The translations under genes and the position numbers were made by a program. This document shows positions 56,163 through 64,000 of a DNA stretch of 64,000 nucleotides, piece after piece. Below the pieces are notes generated by a model. It had not been told where the DNA came from. It did no database searches and was given only the letters and a program-made list of their open reading frames with translations. Source of the stretch: an uncultured Clostridia bacterium (GTDB taxonomy: Bacteria; Bacillota; Clostridia; Monoglobales; Monoglobaceae); the NCBI GenBank assembly GCA_934463175.1, contig CAKSIW010000002.1:11127-75126 (forward strand), in the 5' to 3' direction. Numbering within the stretch: the first letter of the stretch is position 1; the number at the start of each line of letters is the position of its first letter.

Positions 56163-58544
56163 ATGAAAAAAACAGATTTGGGCGGCGCATGGCAGCTCAG
56201 GCGCACCGATTGGGCGGACAGCATTGAGGCTGCCGTTCCGGGAACGATATGCACCGACCTTATGCGCGCCGGACTTCTGCCTGACCCGTACTACAAATGC
56301 AATTCGGATTTGTTTGAGGAGGCGGCGGAATATGACTACATATACAGCCGTGAATTTGAGATTGACGCCTCAGACATGGGTTTTCGGAACATCACTCTTG
56401 TTTTCGAGGGGCTTGACACGTTATGCACCGTTTCGGTGAACGGAATGACGGTCGCCGAAACCGACAACATGCACCGCACATGGCGGTTTGACCTGAAACC
56501 GTTTGTTCGTGAGGGCAACAACGAAATATCTGTTCTGATTAAATCTCCGACAAAATTCTGCCGCGAAAAATATGCGGAAAAGCCTTTGCTTCAGGTTGCT
56601 GTCGACCAGTGCCGCGAGGGCTATCCTTATCTGCGCAAATCACACTGCATGTTCGGCTGGGATTGGGGTCCCGTCATACCTGACGGCGGAATCTGGAAAG
56701 ACATTTTTCTTTCGTTTGACAACGGTCTGCGTCTTGACAGCGTGTTTGTCACTCAGGAACACACCGATGACGGCAGAGTTTTTCTGACAGCTTCGGCTGA
56801 AACCGAGCATTCTGCCGACGACCTGCGCTTTGAGCTGAAATTTGACGGCAAAGCATATTCCTCGGACGGCATGGACATACGCTTTGAGGTTGAAAATCCG
56901 CAGCTTTGGTATCCTGCCGGATTCGGTTCGCAGCCGCTTTACAACCTTGAATTCACTGCTTTTTCGGGCAATGAATCGGCTTCATATTCCTGCCGCTTTG
57001 GGCTTCGCAAGGCTGAGGTTGTGACCGAAAACGACCGTTTCGGAACAAGCATGTTTTTCCGCGTGAACGGCATTCCGATTTTCTCCAAGGGTGCGAACTA
57101 CATTCCCGAGGACAGCATCCTCACGCGTTGCAGCCGTGAACGCACAAAGGAGCTTCTCTCTCAGGCAATCGAATGTCACAACAACACCGTCCGCATTTGG
57201 GGCGGCGCGACATATGCGCATGACTATTTTTACGATTTATGTGATGAAATGGGTATTCTTGTTTGGCAGGATCTCATGTTTGCCTGCTCACAGTATCCGA
57301 ACGATGAAAAGTTCTACGACAGCATTGCACACGAGACTGAGGACAACATGAAACGTCTGCGCAACCATGCCTCTCTCATCATGTGGAGCGGAAACAATGA
57401 ATGCGAGCTGGCAATGATTGAATGGTGGCATCAGTCGGGCAAGGCGCTTGAGGACTATCAGTATCAATATAACACGCTTCTCCGCGGTATTGCGAAAAAG
57501 CTTGACCCGACAAGGTATTATATGCCCTCCTCACCCACAGGCACAGGCGATTTCCGCAATATAAACACCGAGGAAATCGGCGATTCGCACTATTGGGAAA
57601 TCTGGGGACAGATGAAACCTCTTGACGAATATCTGAAATATCACTTCAGGTTCATCAGTGAATTTGGTTTTCAGTCACTGCCGTGTTTGGAAACCGTTGA
57701 GACCTTCACAGAGGCGGACGACCGAAACCTGTTCACACGCGTTATGGAACACCACCAGCGCAACGGCAGTGCCAATGAAAAAATCCTGCTTTACTCCTCA
57801 AAGTATTTCAGATTTCCGAAAAGCTTTGACAGTCTGATATATATATCTCAGGTTGTGCAGGCGGAAGCAATCCGAATCGGCGTTGAACATTCGCGCCGCA
57901 ACAGATGTGAAAACCGCTGCATGGGTACGATATACTGGCAGCTGAACGACTGCTGGCCCGTTGCATCATGGGCAGGCATCGACTATCTCGGCAGGTGGAA
58001 GGCACTGCAATACAGCTCAAAGAAATTCTATGCGCCGGTACTGCTTTCCGCAGTTATGCCCGAGAAGAACAGGCTGCTCGTTTCCCTGACAAACGACACT
58101 GTCGGTGATGTCACACGCAGTGTGTATTATGCAGTGAAGGATCGCCGCGGCAGCGTGCTTGCAAAAAATGAAACTGCTGCTGTTTCGGAAGCTCTGTCGT
58201 CCGCCGATATATTTGATGAGACACTTTCCGAAATTGACCCGTATACTCAGTATATTGAGTTCGGTATGGACGGCGAGGCTGTCGGAACGCTTCTCTTGTG
58301 TCCCGACAAGCATTTTGAATATGAGAATCCCGAAATTGAATATTCCCTCAGCGTTCGCAGCGGAAAAACCGTTGTCACACTAACCTGCAAAAGCCTTGCA
58401 AGGTTTGTTGAGCTGAAAGCCGACGGCGGAGACGCAAAATTCAGTGACAACTTTTTCTCGCTCTCAGCAGGAGACAAAAAAGAGATTGTCTGCGACAGAT
58501 GTGTGGATTCTGTCAAAATCAGGAGCGTATTTGATAGCTATTAA
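56163..58544 (+). CDS. beta-mannosidase (GH2)
   Basis: WQLRR...AAVPGTICTDLMRAGLLPDPYY N-terminus and catalytic WQDLMFAC...SGNNECE. ATG 56163 follows AGGAGG. Confidence 0.85.
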   Translation: MKKTDLGGAWQLRRTDWADSIEAAVPGTICTDLMRAGLLPDPYYKCNSDLFEEAAEYDYIYSREFEIDASDMGFRNITLVFEGLDTLCTVSVNGMTVAETDNMHRTWRFDLKPFVREGNNEISVLIKSPTKFCREKYAEKPLLQVAVDQCREGYPYLRKSHCMFGWDWGPVIPDGGIWKDIFLSFDNGLRLDSVFVTQEHTDDGRVFLTASAETEHSADDLRFELKFDGKAYSSDGMDIRFEVENPQLWYPAGFGSQPLYNLEFTAFSGNESASYSCRFGLRKAEVVTENDRFGTSMFFRVNGIPIFSKGANYIPEDSILTRCSRERTKELLSQAIECHNNTVRIWGGATYAHDYFYDLCDEMGILVWQDLMFACSQYPNDEKFYDSIAHETEDNMKRLRNHASLIMWSGNNECELAMIEWWHQSGKALEDYQYQYNTLLRGIAKKLDPTRYYMPSSPTGTGDFRNINTEEIGDSHYWEIWGQMKPLDEYLKYHFRFISEFGFQSLPCLETVETFTEADDRNLFTRVMEHHQRNGSANEKILLYSSKYFRFPKSFDSLIYISQVVQAEAIRIGVEHSRRNRCENRCMGTIYWQLNDCWPVASWAGIDYLGRWKALQYSSKKFYAPVLLSAVMPEKNRLLVSLTNDTVGDVTRSVYYAVKDRRGSVLAKNETAAVSEALSSADIFDETLSEIDPYTQYIEFGMDGEAVGTLLLCPDKHFEYENPEIEYSLSVRSGKTVVTLTCKSLARFVELKADGGDAKFSDNFFSLSAGDKKEIVCDRCVDSVKIRSVFDSY

Positions 58545-58608
58545 ATGACCGGGTCTGCGGCTTACTCAAATTTAAAACCGGACTTACCGCAGACAGTTAT
58601 AATGCAAG

Positions 58609-58648
58609 AAAAAACTGCGGTGTACCTTTCGGTACACCGCAGTTTTTT
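58609..58648. terminator. bidirectional terminator between the mannosidase and esterase genes
   Basis: 13-bp perfect stem actgcggtgtacc-tttc-ggtacaccgcagt, flanked by A5 and T5. Confidence 0.8.
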
Positions 58649-58715
58649 GTCAGGCTGTGCCGTTTGTCCGGCTCCGTTTTCACGCATTCGCACAGGCAGC
58701 ACAGCCGTCCTGCTG

Positions 58716-59684
58716 TTACATATAATCCTTCATAATCTCAGTCAAATGCTTCGCAATAATTTCGTGTCCATCTCTGAGCGGGTGAAACGGACTGAGCGGT
58801 ATCCAGCCTGTTGAATCAATAAACACTATTGATTCCGAGTTTTCTTTGTTAAACTCAGCCACAAACCGTCCCAACTCCTTTGCATGTGCACCGCAGAATG
58901 CCGACAGTGCAAATATTTTTGACTTTGCATTCCGTTCACGGACAAGCTTCAAAAGCTTGTCATATTCCTTTAAATACTCCTCTGCACTGCTTTTGGAATC
59001 GTTTGCACCATGGTTAATTATAATATAATCCGCATTGGCACTTTCCATTGGTTCTTGGTCAAAGCAATACGGATATGCCTCACTCGCCTTGGGAACTGCG
59101 GCGCAGCCTCCATGGGTCACTCCAACAGAGCCATATCCCATTATTATCGGCTTCAGATTCAGTCTCTCGGCAGTCAGATATGCATACGTTGCTGTTGCAT
59201 CATCTTGATACACACGATTCCATTGGTCAAAGGCTTCAGGTTTATACATTGCATCAATCAACACGCCCTCGGTTATTGAATCGCCGATAAACTCCACCGT
59301 TTTTCTGGTGTCATCGGGCAGAACTCCGTTTTGTTCCGCCTCATAACCCAAAAATGTCACCTTTCCTTCCAACGGTCCATACCAGCGATGATGTATTTCC
59401 GGCGCACCCTTATACACTATTTTCACCACATGAACCCCGTCCTCTGACGCACAAACTCTCAGATACCTGTCCAGCGGCACTTCAACTCTCGCACCTTCGT
59501 CAACAGAAATCCAAAGATGTCCATATGGATGCCTGTTTGTTTGCATATCAAAATGAAGCACTGCCATTTTTCCTTCATATGCTATTTCAATCATTCCTCC
59601 CGGAGCGGTCGTGACAGTCTTGTCTTTAAAATGTCTCCATCGCCCCGTATATCTGACCGATTCATCATCAACGCCATAAAACAT
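58716..59684 (-). CDS. CE2-like SGNH carbohydrate esterase (N-terminal beta-sandwich + SGNH domain)
   Basis: N-terminal YTGRW...module followed by FIGDSITEG (block I) and INHGANDS (block III). Confidence 0.75.
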   Translation of the reverse strand: MFYGVDDESVRYTGRWRHFKDKTVTTAPGGMIEIAYEGKMAVLHFDMQTNRHPYGHLWISVDEGARVEVPLDRYLRVCASEDGVHVVKIVYKGAPEIHHRWYGPLEGKVTFLGYEAEQNGVLPDDTRKTVEFIGDSITEGVLIDAMYKPEAFDQWNRVYQDDATATYAYLTAERLNLKPIIMGYGSVGVTHGGCAAVPKASEAYPYCFDQEPMESANADYIIINHGANDSKSSAEEYLKEYDKLLKLVRERNAKSKIFALSAFCGAHAKELGRFVAEFNKENSESIVFIDSTGWIPLSPFHPLRDGHEIIAKHLTEIMKDYM

Positions 59685-59700
59685 TGTTCCCGATCCCCCT

Positions 59701-60960
59701 TTAAGACTCTGAATGCTTATTCTCTTCCGCCAGTGTACGGTTGAGGAATGTCACAATCTGACCGCGGCTGCAAATTGTCTGCGGTGCAAACTCTGTTGCG
59801 GAAACACCGCTTGTCACGCCATTTTCAACAGCCCAAGCAACAGCCTCGGCATAGTCCGCATTCTCGGGAACATCTGTGAAGCTTGATGTGTCAGCCATTT
59901 CGGGAGAATCTGCAATAATCCAGAGATATGTCACTGTTGCCGCACGCGTGCAGGGTGTGTCGCCGAGAAATTTGTCATCTGCAACCATGCCCATCTCATC
60001 TGCCCAGATTGCCGCATCATAGTAATAATCGTTTGTGCTCACATCACTGAAGGGATTCTCTGTTTCTGCTTTCGGTGAACCGACAGCACGCCACATAAAT
60101 GTTATTATCTGTGCGCGTGTGCAGGTGTCATCAGGTGAGAATGTTGTTGCTGTTGTTCCTGTTGTGATGTTCTTCTCAACTGCCCAGCCGACAGCGTTTG
60201 CATAATATGCATCGGCTGCAACATCAGCGAAGGACGGTTTTTCCTGCGGCTTGTTCTCCTCAGGCTTTGTCTCTTCCGGCTTTGTCTCCTCGGGGGTGGT
60301 TTCAGCTTCTGCAAGGCGAACACCGTTGTTAACCTTTATTGTTGTTGTTTCATTGCCCAGTTTAAGAGTCAGAACACCCTTGACTGAACCGTTCTTTGTG
60401 GTTGTTGAATTAACCTTTGCAAATTCTGTCCACTCAACCGTGCTGCCGTTCTTCACCTTTGACTGTGCCTCTGCCAGAATTTCTTCCTGAGTTGTTGTGT
60501 TGTCAAACGATCTGCTCATGAAGATTTCTTTAACCGCTGCGCGATCCTCAGCAAGCTTTTCAGCGTCCGCATTTGCTTCTGCCGCAGCACCTGTCAGCTT
60601 GGGTATCTTAATTGAATACATTTCGTGACGTGTGCTTGTTTCACAGTCAAAACGAATGTTGACAAAAAGGCTTCCGTCCTTTTCACTTGTTGCATTGTAA
60701 ACTCTGAAGTCCGTCTCTTTGTCGAAGGACACCTTGACATCACTGTCCTCGGGAAGAACCTTTGCAACCTCTCTCAAAAACTCGTCAGCCGTCATGTCGT
60801 TATAAACCGTCATCACTGTTTGTCCCTTTTCAACAGCCTTAACAGCCTGTCTTGCCGCCTCAATCTTTGTTCCCGCATCGGGAGCCGCAAAAGCAGCGCC
60901 TGCCGCAAATGCCGCAACCATACAAATTGCAGCGATCACACTAATAACTCTTTTTACCAT
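59701..60960 (-). CDS. SLH-domain cell-wall-anchored protein
   Basis: Signal peptide, two ~90-aa uncharacterised modules, a Pro/Glu/Thr/Lys linker (TPEETKPEETKPEENKPQEKP), and three C-terminal SLH-like repeats (F.DV...YY..AV.WA...G...G). Confidence 0.8.
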   Translation of the reverse strand: MVKRVISVIAAICMVAAFAAGAAFAAPDAGTKIEAARQAVKAVEKGQTVMTVYNDMTADEFLREVAKVLPEDSDVKVSFDKETDFRVYNATSEKDGSLFVNIRFDCETSTRHEMYSIKIPKLTGAAAEANADAEKLAEDRAAVKEIFMSRSFDNTTTQEEILAEAQSKVKNGSTVEWTEFAKVNSTTTKNGSVKGVLTLKLGNETTTIKVNNGVRLAEAETTPEETKPEETKPEENKPQEKPSFADVAADAYYANAVGWAVEKNITTGTTATTFSPDDTCTRAQIITFMWRAVGSPKAETENPFSDVSTNDYYYDAAIWADEMGMVADDKFLGDTPCTRAATVTYLWIIADSPEMADTSSFTDVPENADYAEAVAWAVENGVTSGVSATEFAPQTICSRGQIVTFLNRTLAEENKHSES

Positions 60961-61127
60961 TTTGTTTTCCTCTTTTCCTTTTTATATATATTTTTTAGTC
61001 GTCCGCGGATTGTGTGTGCCTGAAACAAACTATTGCTTCCGGCACGGCGAATCCGCACACGCTCATTATTTTTCCGATTTTTCCTTGCGTTTTTCTCAAA
61101 TTCCGGACAGCTCTGCGAACTTCCGAT

Positions 61128-63482
61128 TTATTCGCCGATTGCACGGATAAGAAATGTCACAATCTGACCGCGGCTGCATATTTCGGACGGTGAGAACTCA
61201 TTCTCCGAGGTTCCGCTCGTCACCCCGTTTTCAACAGCCCATGCAACCGCACCCGCATATTCCGAGGTCTGCGGAACATCATTAAATTTCCCTGTTGCTG
61301 CTGCCTCGGGCGCGTCCGCATTCTTCCAGAGATATGTCACCGTTGATGAACGTGTGCACGGGGTATCGCCGCCGAATACACTTCCCGAAACCATGCCCTT
61401 CTCGCTTGCCCATATCGCCGCATCATAATAATAATCGTCAAGGCTGACATCACTGAACGGATTTGCCGCAGTTGCCTTCGGTGCTCCCACTGCACGCCAC
61501 AGGAACGTCAGAATCTGAGCGCGTGTGCAGGTGTCATTCGGCGAGAATGTTGTTGCGGTTGTTCCTGTTGTTATGTTTCTGTCAACCGCCCATTTCACGG
61601 CATTTTCAAAATAGTCTCCTGCCTTTACATCAACGAACGGTGTGCTGCCGCCCGTCGGCTGAACAGCTGTATCGGTTTTTCCGCCCCCTATTGTGAACAC
61701 AACCGACACATTCGACCGAAGATTCATTTGATAGCCTCCGTCAACCTTTTTCAGTGCTTCAACAGAAATCGGCAGATATGATTCCATTCCGTCGCTTGTT
61801 CTGCATATCACATATTCCTTCACCATTTCGTCCTCGTCCTCAAAGTTCATTGTGCCTGCGCTGGTGGTGACAGACGTAATCGGATTTTTCCAGATTGCAA
61901 AAATCTGCACCGAGCTGGTGAGGTCATTTCCGACACCGATATAATCATATTCCGGCTTCAGGATATTTGCTCTGTGTCCCGGGCTGTTCATCCATAAATT
62001 CATTGCCTGTTCTGCCGTATTGTGACCGGGCGTACACTGGTTGATGTTTTCTCCGAATCCACTGGGCTTGAATGACGCGTCAACCGCAGTTTTAAATGCC
62101 GTTCCGTCGGGACGCGTGTGCGAGAAGCTTTCTCCGATTTCTTTTTCACGTATATCACATGCCTCCTGAAGCGGCTTCACCATGCTCAGCAGGGTGTCTC
62201 CGACCTTTGCACGCTCAACGTTTGTTTTCGCCAGAATATCCCACTCCACTCTGTTGAGTGAAAATAAATTACTCGGCATTTTTCTCACAATCTGCGGAAT
62301 TTCCTCCTGCACTCTTATTTCACGGGTTTCCTCGCCGAGAGTCATCACCAGATAACCGATAATCTCTCCCGCCTCGTCCACCGTTGCATTTTTCTTTGTG
62401 AAATTATCCTTCCATGCAACGGTTGAGCCGTTCTTCACTGCACCGCGCGCTGTCTCAAGCATTTGTTCTTTTGTGACCCTGTTGGTATATGCAATTTCAC
62501 TGATCGCATGACTCACCGCAGACCTGTCCTCATCAATCTTGGCTGAGTTCTCGGTCACAACCAATTCCACGGTTTTTCCCAGCGGCATTGCCGTTTTTTC
62601 TGCGTCACAGCTGAGCCGCAGTGTTGCGGAAACCGTTCCGGTGACAGTTGTGCTTGCCTTCACGATTGAAATGTCGGAATCCGTCATTTCGAGCTCAACA
62701 TTGCTGCCGCTTGGCAACGCTGCTTTCGCCATTTTCAGAATATCATCCTTGGTTGTGTCATTTGAAACATCAAAATCAGCCCATGCGTCATTGATTGCTC
62801 TCTTTGCCGCCTCGATTTCCTGTTTCGGCGAATCGCTCGCAAGCTTCTGTATCGTCCATGTGTAGCTGTATGTACCGCTTTCGCCTTCATCTGTCTCCAC
62901 TGTGTATTTGATTGCCAGCTTTCCCGTCTGTTCCTTTGTTGACTCGGTCAGACTGAAGCTGTCAAGTGTCACCTCTGCGCCCTTGGGGCAGCCGTCCCAT
63001 ATCGTGTCCGAAACATCTCTCTCGGTTGTTGAGTTGGTTGCCTTCATTTCGGCAAACGCAGCTTCAAGCGACTTTTTCGCCTCTGCCGCAGTCACTGCAC
63101 CTGTGCTTGCTGTGCCGCCGCCAAGCGCGGGGATTTCCTTTTTGACTTCAAAACCGACCTCTCCGTCATCCTGGCTCAGAATAACCTCTGCCTTGACAGA
63201 GCCTGCCTTTGTCTCTGTTGCACGCGTCACCCTAAAATTCTGCATTATAAAGCTTGCACCATACATCTCATCTGTGGAATAGCTGCACTCGCTCATGAGC
63301 ATTGACTGAAATTCGTCATATGTTATGTCGTTGGTAATTTCCATATCCTCCAGTGCAGCAAGAATTGCCTCTTGGTTTTTCTCCATTGCGGTCTGCGCGT
63401 CCTTCTCGATTATAAAGCCTGCCGAAACCGTGCTGCAAAGCATCAGCGCCGCCGCAGTGACCGCCGCAAAAAACTTCTTCAT
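61128..63482 (-). CDS. SLH-domain cell-wall protein with CAP/SCP (YkwD-like) domain
   Basis: Signal peptide, four ~90-aa modules paralogous to those of 59701..60960, a CAP domain (WMNSPGHRANIL, YIGVG), and three C-terminal SLH-like repeats. Confidence 0.8.
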   Translation of the reverse strand: MKKFFAAVTAAALMLCSTVSAGFIIEKDAQTAMEKNQEAILAALEDMEITNDITYDEFQSMLMSECSYSTDEMYGASFIMQNFRVTRATETKAGSVKAEVILSQDDGEVGFEVKKEIPALGGGTASTGAVTAAEAKKSLEAAFAEMKATNSTTERDVSDTIWDGCPKGAEVTLDSFSLTESTKEQTGKLAIKYTVETDEGESGTYSYTWTIQKLASDSPKQEIEAAKRAINDAWADFDVSNDTTKDDILKMAKAALPSGSNVELEMTDSDISIVKASTTVTGTVSATLRLSCDAEKTAMPLGKTVELVVTENSAKIDEDRSAVSHAISEIAYTNRVTKEQMLETARGAVKNGSTVAWKDNFTKKNATVDEAGEIIGYLVMTLGEETREIRVQEEIPQIVRKMPSNLFSLNRVEWDILAKTNVERAKVGDTLLSMVKPLQEACDIREKEIGESFSHTRPDGTAFKTAVDASFKPSGFGENINQCTPGHNTAEQAMNLWMNSPGHRANILKPEYDYIGVGNDLTSSVQIFAIWKNPITSVTTSAGTMNFEDEDEMVKEYVICRTSDGMESYLPISVEALKKVDGGYQMNLRSNVSVVFTIGGGKTDTAVQPTGGSTPFVDVKAGDYFENAVKWAVDRNITTGTTATTFSPNDTCTRAQILTFLWRAVGAPKATAANPFSDVSLDDYYYDAAIWASEKGMVSGSVFGGDTPCTRSSTVTYLWKNADAPEAAATGKFNDVPQTSEYAGAVAWAVENGVTSGTSENEFSPSEICSRGQIVTFLIRAIGE

Positions 63483-63525
63483 ATCTATTCTCTCCTTTTA
63501 AATTATGATCAGCTGATTCATTTTC

Positions 63526-64000
63526 CTACCGAGAGCCGCCGCCGTAACCGCCGCCCGAGAAACCGCCTCCGCCGCCGATTGACGAATGACCGCCCATTCC
63601 CTCGCTTCGCGCCTCCTGCTCCGCTCTCACAGCTCCGCCGTATATGCTTCGGTAATAGCTGTGTGCAATGATGACCTGACGGTTATAATCCTCCAGCTCC
63701 GGAATCCTGTCGGGATATACGCGCTCCAGCTGTTTCATCACCTTGTCAGCAATGCCGAAAAGTGCCGCATATACCATATAATCCTGCCATATTATCGTTT
63801 CCTTTATCTCTCTTTCGGCAATCAGCGAGAAATCCTCAAGATATTTTTTCAGTCCGACAACTTCACCAAGCATTTTTCTGCCGTTCACGCTCAGATCCTT
63901 TATCCGCCGTCCTGCCGCGCCCAGATATCCGCCGCATGAAGCAAATTTTGCTCTGCCGCTCTCCTTGGCACTGTCAATGAAACCGTTCACAGATTTCGGA
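63526..64000 (-). CDS. DUF2207-family membrane protein, C-terminal part (gene runs off the window)
   Basis: LKKYLEDFS...WQDYMVYAALFG motif and a Gly-rich tail GGGGGFSGGGYGGGSR. The reading frame stays open to the window edge. Confidence 0.7.
   Translation of the reverse strand, partial: PKSVNGFIDSAKESGRAKFASCGGYLGAAGRRIKDLSVNGRKMLGEVVGLKKYLEDFSLIAEREIKETIIWQDYMVYAALFGIADKVMKQLERVYPDRIPELEDYNRQVIIAHSYYRSIYGGAVRAEQEARSEGMGGHSSIGGGGGFSGGGYGGGSR

Overview
This looks like a chromosomal segment from a Firmicutes/Clostridia-type anaerobe; gene content and order resemble Oscillospiraceae/Ruminococcaceae-like genomes. By eye it is roughly 50% GC, densely coding, with most genes on the minus strand. 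It is mostly conserved housekeeping. It holds a COG2984-type ABC importer, zupT, an efp/pepP/yqeG/yqeY/rpsU block, metA, tepA, ftsH, a MATE pump and ispE. It also holds the complete rimP-nusA-ylxR-ylxQ-infB-rbfA-nrnA-truB-ribF operon, nrdDG, two tRNA-Ser plus one tRNA-Arg, and a maf-mreBCD-mrdA-minCDE-mgsA morphogenesis cluster. Further along are dut, a U32 peptidase, zapA, gdhA and a Prs-like/pncB pair. The window ends with a beta-mannoside-type glycan locus (two GH2, a CE2-like esterase, two AraC regulators), two paralogous SLH-anchored wall proteins and a truncated DUF2207 gene. I found no CRISPR array, transposase, integrase, rRNA or recognisable defence system. The non-routine signals are small. 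(1) An attenuator-like leader with (G/U)AG-rich tandem repeats precedes the ABC importer. (2) A ~235-nt multi-helix intergenic element sits between maf and mreB. (3) A low-GC islet encodes a 76-aa tandem-repeat protein under a palindrome-bearing promoter, divergent from an orphan XRE regulator. (4) A ~55-65-nt palindromic element occurs twice, each time directly after a stop codon inside an operon. (5) Three translation-apparatus promoters share a spacer decamer. (6) A GC-rich tiered hairpin precedes an ECF S-component gene. All functional calls rest on motif recognition by eye; no database search was run.
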